Shown here: in pieces, positions 46,095-55,099 of the stretch | How the letters are laid out: the number at the start of each line of letters is the position of its first letter | How positions within the stretch are numbered: the first letter of the stretch is position 1 | Origin: a virus | Taxonomy: Duplodnaviria > Caudoviricetes | Direction: 5' to 3' (one strand) | Length of the DNA: 64,000 nucleotides | IMG/VR virus record: IMGVR_UViG_3300033417_000005 | Coordinates: 8,617-72,616 of that record | Made by a program: the position numbers and the translations under genes | Notes under the pieces: generated by a model | What the model was told of the DNA's origin: nothing | Seen by the model: only the letters and a program-made list of their open reading frames with translations | The model's database searches: none

Positions 46095-46445
46095 ATGACA
46101 GACTCAGAAAACTTAAGGAGTTTTAAAATGACTGATTTGCAACGAGGTTTTCGCGACGCGATTCACGTTCCGTTCATAATCGTTTCTTGCGACAGCGAAT
46201 TGCAGCCCGGCGACAAAATTTCTTTGCGGCACGATGATAAGTGCGTGCTTTGGCAAGGATCTAACTACGAACCTGATTGGCACGGCGTGGCTGAACCGTT
46301 TCGGCTCACGAAAATACCTGCGGGCGAATTGTTTGCCTGCTTTATCCGCAAGGACTGTTTTTCAGGACTGACGCACAACTTTAAAATCGAGGTCAACGAC
46401 CACGGAGGGACCGACACGTGCCACAAAGTTTGCGACATCTTTTAA
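46095..46445 (+). CDS. Hypothetical protein
   Basis: DAIHVP...GVAEPF...ITH-like segment; SD present. Confidence 0.55.
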   Translation: MTDSENLRSFKMTDLQRGFRDAIHVPFIIVSCDSELQPGDKISLRHDDKCVLWQGSNYEPDWHGVAEPFRLTKIPAGELFACFIRKDCFSGLTHNFKIEVNDHGGTDTCHKVCDIF

Positions 46446-46460
46446 AAAGGAGTCAGGAAA

Positions 46461-46772
46461 ATGAACAAACTCCCAACCGGAAAGCTGACTCCTAGATCGA
46501 ATGAATTTGTCAGCGGAATCCGTATGACCGGAGCATTCGGCCAGCCCGACGGATTCGGTTCTGTACTGCGGTGCATAGTCACGAAAGATGGCAGCGCGCA
46601 ATTTACGATGTATATTCGGAACGAACACCGAGACGGTGAACAAGGGATCGATTTTTGGACGGTTGCTCTGGACAACGAGCAAAGGGGCATTTTGGCGCGA
46701 TGGCTGAGCACAACGGGGCACGATCCAACGTTGGTGGAATATATTCACGACGAGGAATCTGTCAAGGGATGA
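46461..46772 (+). CDS. Hypothetical protein
   Basis: AGGAG SD. Confidence 0.5.
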   Translation: MNKLPTGKLTPRSNEFVSGIRMTGAFGQPDGFGSVLRCIVTKDGSAQFTMYIRNEHRDGEQGIDFWTVALDNEQRGILARWLSTTGHDPTLVEYIHDEESVKG

Positions 46773-46949
46773 TCACGATCTTACGGGTGGCGCGACGAGA
46801 TTTTTTGGCGCAAAAAGTTGAATATGTGACTCATTGACTCATGGAAAAACCAAAACTTACTTCGCGAGAAATGCTTCGTCGTGACAACGCTCCACGTGGA
46901 AGACGGATTTTAAAAAATCGTGGTGCCCCACCCGCACACCACCCTTCTT

Positions 46950-47200
46950 AGGATAAAGAAAAGAATATTCTTTGTAAAGTATAGAGAATCTAATCTTAAG
47001 CATAAGTTCTTATTCTCTCTAGAAAGAGAAAGAAAAGAAGAGATACGATTTTATTCAGTAAAAAGAAGACTTCTTCTCTTAGAAAGATCAAAGAATCTTT
47101 GTAAAAAGTAAGACTTCTTCTTTTAGAAAGAAAAGAAATTTGAGTTCTTCTTTTGAAAAGAAAAAAGTTTCCGTCTTGGGTGTGCGCGTACGCGCGAGGA
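46950..47200. repeat. AT-rich AAGA/TCTT low-complexity tract ending in GTGCGCGTACGCGCG
   Basis: AAGACTTCTTC-T(C/T)TTAGAAAG repeated. Non-coding. Confidence 0.75.
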
Positions 47201-47217
47201 ATCCGCTTTTGATTTCG

Positions 47218-47460
47218 TTTCGGTCCATGAACTTTGATTTCCGTTCGTTCCTAGATTCTTATCTTCGATTCAGTTTACCTGGATCCTAGATTCTTATCTT
47301 CGATTCAGTTTATCTGGATCCATCTTTTCGGTTCTTATGTTTTGATTTCCATTCGTTCCAAAGTTTCGGTCCAAAGTTTTTGATTTCGTTTCGTTCTTAG
47401 CCTTGGAATTTGGATCATCCATCTTTTCGGTTCTTGAGTTTTGATTTCCATTCGTTCGCG
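47218..47460 (+). repeat. Nested direct repeats (two 37-bp copies, two 38-bp copies) with TTTCGGTCCA
   Basis: CCTAGATTCTTATCTTCGATTCAGTTTA(C/T)CTGGATCC x2; CATCTTTTCGGTTCTT...TTTTGATTTCCATTCGTTC x2. Confidence 0.8.
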
Positions 47461-47520
47461 TTCCAAGATGTGGAAAGAATTTGAACTTCCACTTTTGCGA
47501 AACGTGCCCGCAACGATTTG

Positions 47521-47565
47521 GATTGGATTGGATTGGATTGGATTGGATTGGATTGGATTGGATTG
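47521..47565 (+). repeat. (GATTG)9 microsatellite
   Basis: Seen directly. Confidence 0.95.
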
Positions 47566-47930
47566 GAAATGGAAGATGAATGAAAACCCTTGGCCGGAAA
47601 ACGATTTGTGAATGCAAGCGCAGCGCTGTAACGTCCAAGAAACGGGGTACTTCTAAATACCTCAAAAGTGGCAAATAATCTACCAGTTTGTTAAGCTAGG
47701 CAAACCTAGGCTGAGGGGCCCAAATTTGCGACCTCACGCACTTTGCCGGGTTTTGGCATAAAACTAGCCACTTGCCATTTTAGGACGTCAGATCCTAAAT
47801 TTGGGTCCCTGAGGACAAATTAAAAAGCAAACCGCATTGCCAATTGCCAAACCTGAATTTTCAAAACGCTCTGTACAGCGTACCCTTCGCCTCGTAGCGA
47901 CATAGCCCCATTGCCCCGTATGTCGGCTCG

Positions 47931-47975
47931 TTTCGGTCCAATTCTTTTCGGTCCAATTCTTTTCGGTCCAATTCT
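47931..47975 (+). repeat. 3 x 15-bp tandem TTTCGGTCCAATTCT
   Basis: Seen directly. Confidence 0.9.
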
Positions 47976-48139
47976 TCATACTTGGCTTTCTCATCCACGC
48001 CCCTGCACATACTTCCATTTTTCAGCTACACTCTTTATACCACTTCTAGGGGGTTAGGTACCCCCACCTCAGGGGGGCCACTACTAGGGGGTATGCCACC
48101 CCCACTAGGGTAGTGTACGTTTGTACAAAGCAGGTGCAT

Positions 48140-48166
48140 AAAAAACCCGGCCCGCCTTGGCCGGGT
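48140..48166 (-). terminator. Intrinsic terminator of the 48190-48636 gene
   Basis: ACCCGGCC-N6-GGCCGGGT followed by T6 on the minus strand. Confidence 0.75.
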
Positions 48167-48189
48167 AGTGTACCAACGTACACTAGGGG

Positions 48190-48636
48190 TTAGCTGATTG
48201 TTGGCCCCCAATTAGGCGCCGCGCTTTTGGTGGCAGCACCAGCACCAGCACCAGCACCAGCACCAGCCGTTGCCTTAGGTGCTTTAGCCTTACGCGCGGC
48301 CTTGGCTTTGGGGGCTTTGCCTGTTAGGTACAACCCCATTTGCGGCGTACGGCCAACCACGCCCATGGCCCGCAGCGTTAGGCAAGCTACTTGGCTGGTG
48401 CCCGGTGCCAGCCATACTTGGGTGCGTGTAACCGCCTTGGCCGCGTTAACTGCCCCCTGCGCCTTTAAGTACGCCAACACGGCGGTTTGTGCCGCCAGTA
48501 GCTTGGCACTAGGCTTGGCCGTTAGCGTGCCTACCAAATCCAGCTGCTTGGCCGTAATGCCATTACCCGCCACCGTAGCCGCCGCCTTGCCTACAACCGC
48601 CGTACCCGTACCCTTACTTTGCTTTGCGTTAGCCAT
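48190..48636 (-). CDS. Basic Ala/Lys-rich winged-helix-like protein with almost no acidic residues; paralog of 33992-34402
   Basis: 148 aa with 1 Asp and 0 Glu. AGGGGT SD, its own promoter and terminator, homology to 33992-34402. Confidence 0.75.
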   Translation of the reverse strand: MANAKQSKGTGTAVVGKAAATVAGNGITAKQLDLVGTLTAKPSAKLLAAQTAVLAYLKAQGAVNAAKAVTRTQVWLAPGTSQVACLTLRAMGVVGRTPQMGLYLTGKAPKAKAARKAKAPKATAGAGAGAGAGAATKSAAPNWGPTIS

Positions 48637-48760
48637 TTTGCTAACCCCTATAGCAACGTGTGGTGCATGGCCAACCATAGCCAGCCCACAACAACCACGG
48701 CCAGCCCGCCGTGGCCAGCCCCACACACGGTTGGCCAACACAGCCAACCCACACACATAA

Positions 48761-48788
48761 AGTATAGCCTACCCCGCGGCTAGTGCAA
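48761..48788 (-). promoter_or_regulatory. Early promoter variant
   Basis: TTGCAC-N16-TATACT. Shares TAGGCTATA and TAGCCG with the 43116 and 45005 promoters. Confidence 0.55.
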
Positions 48789-49332
48789 GGGGTACGCACA
48801 AAATTTTACAAAAAAGATTTTGGAAGTTTGGCATAAGGAATGCGTACCATAGTGTACGGCTATACAGTGTACACAATTACATCTAGGTATACAGCTGTGC
48901 ACTACTGTACGGATGTACTTGGATTGGATTTGGCGGTTCGCGGCTGGTGCGGAGAATCGTGGTCTTGCCCCTACCCTACGTCGTGCATTTTTGGATCAAA
49001 ATCTGCCCCTTAGCCACGTCGTGTATTCATGAGTCTTCGAATTGTAACGTCCTAGCGAAGCTATGTTACGTCCTTGGATCAAGATCAGCCCATTTCACTC
49101 ACTCTTTCGTTCACTGAGGGAAAAATTTGCTCCTATTTCGCGAGTCCTTGAAAATCTAGCGAAGCTAGCTCGAGCGAAATGAGGGACCGGTTGTGAGTTG
49201 TTTTTCACTAAAAAATCGCGATCTCGAAAATTTTCTCTCGTACCCGAGGGCTTTTTATAGTGTACGAATGTATACTGTTGTTGAACCGAAGATTCTGTGT
49301 AAAATGGGGGTATTTACGCTCTGGAGCAAGGT

Positions 49333-49980
49333 ATGGCGAAGAAATTGAAGTTTCTATCTAAAGCTCACAAACAAGAGCTTCGGCACAAGCAATACGCCGA
49401 CGAGTACCTCGCCAACGGGATGAACGCTCTCAAAGCCGCCAAATCCTGTCGGTACAAAGGTCTCGGTCCTATCAACAGTTCTTCCGTAGTCGAGTACATC
49501 GAGGAGCAGTTGCAAAACCGCAGCGAACACAACATCCTCCGTAGACGTCAAATCATCGCCAAACTGCGCCGGGTCGTAGACTTCAACCTCATGTCGGCGA
49601 TATCTGCTTCCAAACGCAAACGTGGATTCATAGAAATTACTCCGGAAGCTTATGATACAATAGCTGAGGAAATCGGGGATTGCGTAACGGAAGTAGAAAC
49701 AGTCACAAAACAAAACGGAGACGTTGAAACTTCAATCGTGCGCATTAAACTGATGTCCAAGGAGAAAATGCTCGAACTCGAAATGAAATACTTGGGCATG
49801 CTGGTTGAAAGACACGAAGTAGATCAAAGAGTCACCATCGACTGGGAGCAGCTCCTTGCGCCCACGGAACAGCTTAGGGAAATGGAAAACACGGTGGAAG
49901 GTCGGGTATTGGCCTACGAAACCCTAACGGCGGACGACCCCCACGGCGACGTCAACAAATCGCTCTTGGAGGACAAATAG
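49333..49980 (+). CDS. terS: Terminase small subunit
   Basis: YADEYLANGMNALKAA HTH; RIKLMSKEKMLEL...YLGM; upstream of TerL. Confidence 0.8.
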   Translation: MAKKLKFLSKAHKQELRHKQYADEYLANGMNALKAAKSCRYKGLGPINSSSVVEYIEEQLQNRSEHNILRRRQIIAKLRRVVDFNLMSAISASKRKRGFIEITPEAYDTIAEEIGDCVTEVETVTKQNGDVETSIVRIKLMSKEKMLELEMKYLGMLVERHEVDQRVTIDWEQLLAPTEQLREMENTVEGRVLAYETLTADDPHGDVNKSLLEDK

Positions 49981-50081
49981 CGCGAGTCTTCGAGCTTATT
50001 CCGAAGGACGTGACATAACTTCGTTAGGAACTCGTAATTGACAAGTGTGAATAACAACAACAACAAAAGCAGGAGACCGTC

Positions 50082-50195
50082 ATGCAAAAAGCATTAGAAA
50101 ATTTTCTGTTTGGACTGTGTTTTGGGATGGGATTCCTTGTCGCGCAGGCGGTGTTGAATTTTATCGTGTCGCTGTTAGGTGGTGGGAGGACGTAA
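50082..50195 (+). CDS. Small membrane protein (37 aa, not in the ORF track)
   Basis: AGGAG SD. MQKALENFLFGLCFGMGFLVAQAVLNFIVSLLGGGRT. Confidence 0.6.
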   Translation: MQKALENFLFGLCFGMGFLVAQAVLNFIVSLLGGGRT

Positions 50196-50241
50196 CAATA
50201 GGCGCAGGTTTTTAGGGTAAAAAATCGCCTCGCGCCAAAAA

Positions 50242-51771
50242 ATGAGCGATCAGTGTAAAATCGTCGATCCCATTCGCTTCGCCAAGCTGCTGTGGCCTCA
50301 CGTGACCTTTTACAGGGAACAGCGGGAGATCATCTACAGCGTAGCTAGGAATGACGAAACATTCTGCGTAGCTGGCAACGCCCTGGGTAAGGACTTCGTG
50401 GCGGCCTTTATCGCCCTTTGGTGGATGTGCTCACGTCGTCCCGCACGGGCGGTGACCACAAGCGTCAAGTACGAACAACTGAATGACGTGCTGTGGGGTG
50501 AAATCCGATGGTTCCTTCGTACGGCCAAGTACCCGCTCCCAATCGAGTACACGCACAATTGCATTTATCAAGTCGACGGCAACGGAAAACGTCTTCCTAA
50601 AAGCGAACTCGTGGCTCAAGTGGCGGCGAAGGGCGAAGGTCTCCTCGGTCGTCACCTCCCGATGGTCCAAAACGTTCCAAGAACCCTCGCCATATTCGAT
50701 GAAGCCAGCGGCATTGACGACGTGACGTACAACTCATGCCTTACTTGGGCTCACACGCGCCTCGTAATCGGCAATCCGTGGCCCTGCACCAACTTCTTCT
50801 ACAAGGGAATCAAGGAGGGAGATCAAAAGAGCACCACTCACGAAAAGCTCTGGCGCAGGGTGATCAAGGTGAAGGCCGAACACAGTCCCAACGTGCTGCT
50901 CGCCCAAAAGGAGATCAACGAAGGAAAGAAGCCTTCCCACACCATACTCATCCCAGGAGTCAAGTCGTACGCCGACTACGTAAAGCATCGGGCTACCTGG
51001 GACAAGATCATGCAGTGTATCGGTCTTGACGCTGAGTTCTATGAAGGGGCGGAGAACCTGATGTTTCCACCGGAATGGCTCAACCAAGCCGAGATCAATG
51101 CCACGAATAGAACCCTAAGGCCCGACACTCGTAAGACCATGGGGGTAGACCCTGCCGAAGGAGGAGACGAGACGGTATGGACAGTAATCGATGAAACGGG
51201 AATACTAGAAATCCAGGCCCAACGGACAAGCGACACCACGCAAGTTCCGAATGTTACCCAAGCCCTGATTGTCAAGTACCGGATAGAGCCGGAAGACGTG
51301 GTATTCGACCGTGGTGGAGGAGGCAAGGAACATGCGGACGTACTCCGCGCAAGGGATCTGGCCGTACGCACCGTGGCATTCGGTGAGAGCGCCAGCGCCC
51401 CCGACCGGTTCAGTAGATACCTGCGAGCTCCAGAACAGAAGGTTAAGGAAGCCGAGCACTTCTATGTGTACAAAAACAGAAGATCGGAAATGTACGGCCT
51501 TTTACGCCTGTTCCTCAATCCCAATTCCGGGTATAATTTTAGCATCCCGGCTAGGTACGGCGAGCTTCGCAAGCAATTGAGTCCGCTGCCTCTGCTCTAC
51601 GACGGAGAGGGTCGTCTGGCTTTGCCGCCGAAACGAATTGTGCAACAAAACAGCACCCGCCCGAGTATGACCAAGATATGCGGGGGAAGCCCCGATCATG
51701 CCGACAGCCTCGTGCTCGCTCTCTACTCCCTCGTGTATGAAGAGAATGCCTTTGAAGTTACGATGATGTAA
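50242..51771 (+). CDS. terL: Terminase large subunit
   Basis: AGNALGKD (Walker A), IFDEASG (Walker B), GVDPAEGGDETV and SPDHADS (nuclease domain). Confidence 0.92.
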   Translation: MSDQCKIVDPIRFAKLLWPHVTFYREQREIIYSVARNDETFCVAGNALGKDFVAAFIALWWMCSRRPARAVTTSVKYEQLNDVLWGEIRWFLRTAKYPLPIEYTHNCIYQVDGNGKRLPKSELVAQVAAKGEGLLGRHLPMVQNVPRTLAIFDEASGIDDVTYNSCLTWAHTRLVIGNPWPCTNFFYKGIKEGDQKSTTHEKLWRRVIKVKAEHSPNVLLAQKEINEGKKPSHTILIPGVKSYADYVKHRATWDKIMQCIGLDAEFYEGAENLMFPPEWLNQAEINATNRTLRPDTRKTMGVDPAEGGDETVWTVIDETGILEIQAQRTSDTTQVPNVTQALIVKYRIEPEDVVFDRGGGGKEHADVLRARDLAVRTVAFGESASAPDRFSRYLRAPEQKVKEAEHFYVYKNRRSEMYGLLRLFLNPNSGYNFSIPARYGELRKQLSPLPLLYDGEGRLALPPKRIVQQNSTRPSMTKICGGSPDHADSLVLALYSLVYEENAFEVTMM

Positions 51772-51772
51772 T

Positions 51773-52072
51773 ATGGCTCGCTCAACAAAAAACGAATGTT
51801 CGACACGAATCGGTGAAGAGATCGGGGTTGTCCGCGCCCCACGGGAGGTGATCGAACGGGTTATGCTCACTAGTATTACTCACCAGGGAAAGGCGGCGAT
51901 CCTTCTTACGGAGAGTGAACTCAACGAGCTGATCCGGCTGCTCGGCGGCTACCACGGTCCCGACATGGCGTTGAAGAGGCAGTGGGTGGAAGATCTACAA
52001 TCTCTCAACAAACAAACTTTCAAAAAACGAAAGAAGAAGGAAGCAAATCGTGAAAACTCAAATACGAGATAA
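51773..52072 (+). CDS. Hypothetical protein (start uncertain)
   Basis: Fills the gap between terL and portal. Confidence 0.4.
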   Translation: MARSTKNECSTRIGEEIGVVRAPREVIERVMLTSITHQGKAAILLTESELNELIRLLGGYHGPDMALKRQWVEDLQSLNKQTFKKRKKKEANRENSNTR

Positions 52073-53675
52073 GAAAACAGGTCGTTTTACTGATGACGGG
52101 AACGGGCATTATGGGATCAAGTTCGACTCGGCAAAGGAACTGCAACAATTCGAGGAGATTGTAGCAAATGCTCTGGTAAGCCGTCAAGAGTTCTTCAAGT
52201 CGTTCACTGATCCGAGAAGGGATATCGACGACGAATGCGGGTATCCTCGTACGGAAACCTTGGAGGTCGAAGACTACCGGGAAATGTACGACAAGGAAAG
52301 CGTGGCTGCGCGAACGGTGAACGTGCTTCCCGAGGAGAGCTGGCAAGTACAGCCCCGAGTGTTTGAAACCGAAGACGTGGATAACATAACTCCATTTGAG
52401 GAAGACTGGGCGGAGCTTCCCAAGTCGCTGCGAGGGAGAAGCTGGTATCAGGATGAAGAAGGAAACCCGGTATGGGAACTGCTCAAACGAGTAGACATCC
52501 TGAGTGGTATCGGTTCTTACGGCATCCTGCTGTTTGGTCTCGACGACCTCGACGTCAATCAGCCTCTGACGACCCCCGTTGCCGGTGTGGAAGAGATGAT
52601 GGTTGATCCTGAAAGCAAAATATCTCCTTCGCGGCATAGGCTTCTGTTTGTAAGAGCATTCGATCAGTCCCTCGTACGAATAAGTCGCTTTAACACCGAT
52701 CGGTCGCACCCTCGGCACGGATTGCCTGAGATTTATGCCGTAACGCTCAACGATCCTAGGAACAACGTACAAGGAGCGATCGGTATCGACACGGCTACCG
52801 TTGACGTGCATTGGACCCGGGTGTTGCACGTCGCCGACAACCTCGGAAGCAGCGAAGTCTTTGGCGTCCCGCGTCAGCAGCAAGTATTCAATCGGCTGTA
52901 CGATTTACGGAAAACCTACGGCGGCAGCGCCGAAATGTATTGGCGAGGAGCATTTCCCGGCCTCTCTATCGAATCCCATCCTCAATTGGGAGCCTCAGTT
53001 TCTCTGAACAAAGATGCGATTCGCAGCCAAATGGAACAATACTTTAATGGACTTCAAAGATATCTGGCGGTGGTGGGGGCAAGCGTCAAGTCCATCGCTC
53101 CTCAAGTTGTGGAGCCGAGTAAGCATATCGACCAATACATCACGGCGATCTGCATCCTTCTCGGGGTTCCCAAGCGTGTGTTCATGGGGACTGAACGTGG
53201 GCAGCTGGCATCCGGCCAAGACGACAAGACCTGGAATGACCGACTGATGAAAAGGCACAAGTCCTATCTTACGCCCAAGCTCACTGTACCTTTCATAGAT
53301 CGTCTTATCGCTTATGGGGTGCTGCGGGAACCGGAGGGATATAGCGTGGTATGGCCCGATCTCAACAATCTCACCGATCAAGAGAAAGCTGAAGTGGCCG
53401 GTAAACGAACCGAGAGCTTGGCCAAGTACGTGGCGGGCGACGTGGAAACCATCATCACTCCCGTCGATTATCTAGTTCGTATCATAGGCTTCAGTCCGGA
53501 AGAAGCTCATGCCATCGTGGAAGCGGCGGAGGAAGCGGCCGAAGAAAAAGCGATTGAAGAGGGACGTGACAATGCTTTGCAAGAAGATGAAGTTCGTGTT
53601 AGAGGCTTCAATCCGGAAGATGAAGAAGGTGATGAAACAGGTGAAGAAGATGAAGATGAAGAAGATGAAGAATAA
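52050..53675 (+). CDS. Portal protein (DUF1073-like)
   Basis: After terL. ARTVNVLPEESW, HWTRVLH, GVPKRVFMG...D..TWN; acidic tail. Confidence 0.88.
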   Translation: MKTQIRDKKTGRFTDDGNGHYGIKFDSAKELQQFEEIVANALVSRQEFFKSFTDPRRDIDDECGYPRTETLEVEDYREMYDKESVAARTVNVLPEESWQVQPRVFETEDVDNITPFEEDWAELPKSLRGRSWYQDEEGNPVWELLKRVDILSGIGSYGILLFGLDDLDVNQPLTTPVAGVEEMMVDPESKISPSRHRLLFVRAFDQSLVRISRFNTDRSHPRHGLPEIYAVTLNDPRNNVQGAIGIDTATVDVHWTRVLHVADNLGSSEVFGVPRQQQVFNRLYDLRKTYGGSAEMYWRGAFPGLSIESHPQLGASVSLNKDAIRSQMEQYFNGLQRYLAVVGASVKSIAPQVVEPSKHIDQYITAICILLGVPKRVFMGTERGQLASGQDDKTWNDRLMKRHKSYLTPKLTVPFIDRLIAYGVLREPEGYSVVWPDLNNLTDQEKAEVAGKRTESLAKYVAGDVETIITPVDYLVRIIGFSPEEAHAIVEAAEEAAEEKAIEEGRDNALQEDEVRVRGFNPEDEEGDETGEEDEDEEDEE

Positions 53676-53976
53676 GAGTCTAAGACTTCGGCAAGCCGCC
53701 GTTTTCGCTTACGTGCAAGGCACCCTCGAAGAATTAAGCGAGGCGCGCATGGTAGTTTTGGAAGGGGTGGAGCTGACCCCTTTTGGAAGAACGCTGTTTG
53801 AAGAGTTGAGGAGATGCGGCTTTAGTCCAACGGACGAAGAGATCAACGCGGCGTTTGCCACAGCTTATGCGGGATTTGCCGACGAGGAACAGTGGCGACT
53901 TGGGGCAAAGCTAGTACGAAACTGTAGAGACAACCCAAAGCTGATCGAGATGTATACGGCCTACAAATACAACTAG
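53665..53976 (+). CDS. Hypothetical protein (start uncertain)
   Basis: Between portal and head morphogenesis genes. Confidence 0.45.
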   Translation: MKNKSLRLRQAAVFAYVQGTLEELSEARMVVLEGVELTPFGRTLFEELRRCGFSPTDEEINAAFATAYAGFADEEQWRLGAKLVRNCRDNPKLIEMYTAYKYN

Positions 53977-53991
53977 GCGAAAGCAGCAATC

Positions 53992-54786
53992 ATGCCAATC
54001 ATGCGTTGTAAGAAAGAAGGTACGCTCGGCTGGAAGTTCGGCAGCGGCGGCAAATGCTACACCGGAGCCGGTGCCAAGGCGAAAGCAAAGCAGCAAGGCC
54101 GAGCGATACAAGCGAGCGGATTTGTCGATAACGCGAAACGAAGCAGCAATACAAACCTGCTACGCGCCGACCCTACTCGTAGCGCTGGTCTGCGCCGTAG
54201 GGCTCGTAGTAAGATAAAGAAGGCAATGGCCGATCTAGAATTTTCAAATTTACTCGGTCATTCCTCTGTCTATCTATTAAACGACCCCATTACCAAAGCG
54301 TACACGAAAGGAGTTACCCGTTCGTTCGATCAAGTACGGTTATTCCAAAGTATCCATCACGAAATTGAACGTGAAGAGTTCATGCGGTTTGTGCCGTACA
54401 ATTCAGCCATTCAAAGACTTCACGCTCGCGTTTCCAACGAGCTTCGAGGAATCTTTCAATCCTTGCAGCACATCCAAGTGCGTACGGAAATTGAGGCCGA
54501 AGAGAAAGATCAATCAGAATCTAAGCAGCGAGCGATTCTGCGCCGAAGGATCAGAAAACTGCAAACCCGAGCTATGACAGTTGTGGATACGGAAATCGTG
54601 CGCGCCTTTGTACGAGGGCAGCTTGATGGCTTTGTACCTCTCCAAGTACAAAAGGTCAGGATCCGTCCGGAACAAGGATGCAGAGAGTGCGCCAAAGCAT
54701 CCAAATCGGTGTTTACCCTCAAACAAGCTCAAGACGTTCTTCCACTCCATCCTCTTTGTCGCTGCATCTTCACACCCCATGACTAA
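53992..54786 (+). CDS. Head morphogenesis/minor head protein (SPP1 gp7/Mu gpF-like, shortened)
   Basis: DPTRS, TEIVRAF...G, CRECA, PLHPLCRC. Confidence 0.75.
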   Translation: MPIMRCKKEGTLGWKFGSGGKCYTGAGAKAKAKQQGRAIQASGFVDNAKRSSNTNLLRADPTRSAGLRRRARSKIKKAMADLEFSNLLGHSSVYLLNDPITKAYTKGVTRSFDQVRLFQSIHHEIEREEFMRFVPYNSAIQRLHARVSNELRGIFQSLQHIQVRTEIEAEEKDQSESKQRAILRRRIRKLQTRAMTVVDTEIVRAFVRGQLDGFVPLQVQKVRIRPEQGCRECAKASKSVFTLKQAQDVLPLHPLCRCIFTPHD

Positions 54787-55033
54787 AAACGGCCATACAA
54801 AAACCGAAGCTGCGATTTTCAACATGCTAAGCGACGGTCTGTCGCATAGTCGTAAAGAGTTGATGACCTGTTTGTGGGATGAACTCGCCGGTCGTTGTTC
54901 GCTGCAAGTGCATATCTACAATCTGCGCAGAAAACTGCCTCCGGGGGAAGCCATTATCTGCACAGCTCGGGGAGGCACGTATGGGTATCAGCACGTGAGG
55001 CTTCTGCACAATCCGTATGACGGGAAGAATTAA
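54779..55033 (+). CDS. OmpR/PhoB-type winged-helix DNA-binding protein (no receiver domain)
   Basis: SRKEL...LW...SLQVHIYNLRRKL...GY. Confidence 0.7.
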   Translation: MTKNGHTKTEAAIFNMLSDGLSHSRKELMTCLWDELAGRCSLQVHIYNLRRKLPPGEAIICTARGGTYGYQHVRLLHNPYDGKN

Positions 55034-55099
55034 ACGCATTCGGTTAAACTCTCTAGTATTCCCTTGCAGATAGAATCTTCAATGACTAGATTGAGGGGC

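Larger units (their letters stand above)
48047..48815. other. GA/TC-free island (769 bp)
   Basis: Only 3 GA/TC dinucleotides (48069, 48196, 48539) versus about 96 expected at uniform frequency. Confidence 0.93.

Noticed and set aside
47294-48018. ORFs 47294-47674 and 47788-48018 (-)
   Set aside because: They are translations of tandem repeats (NPIQS, NWTEK) with no SD.
52050-53675. Anti-CBASS (Acb1) function sometimes attached to DUF1073-like proteins
   Set aside because: Size, motifs and position after terL indicate a portal protein.
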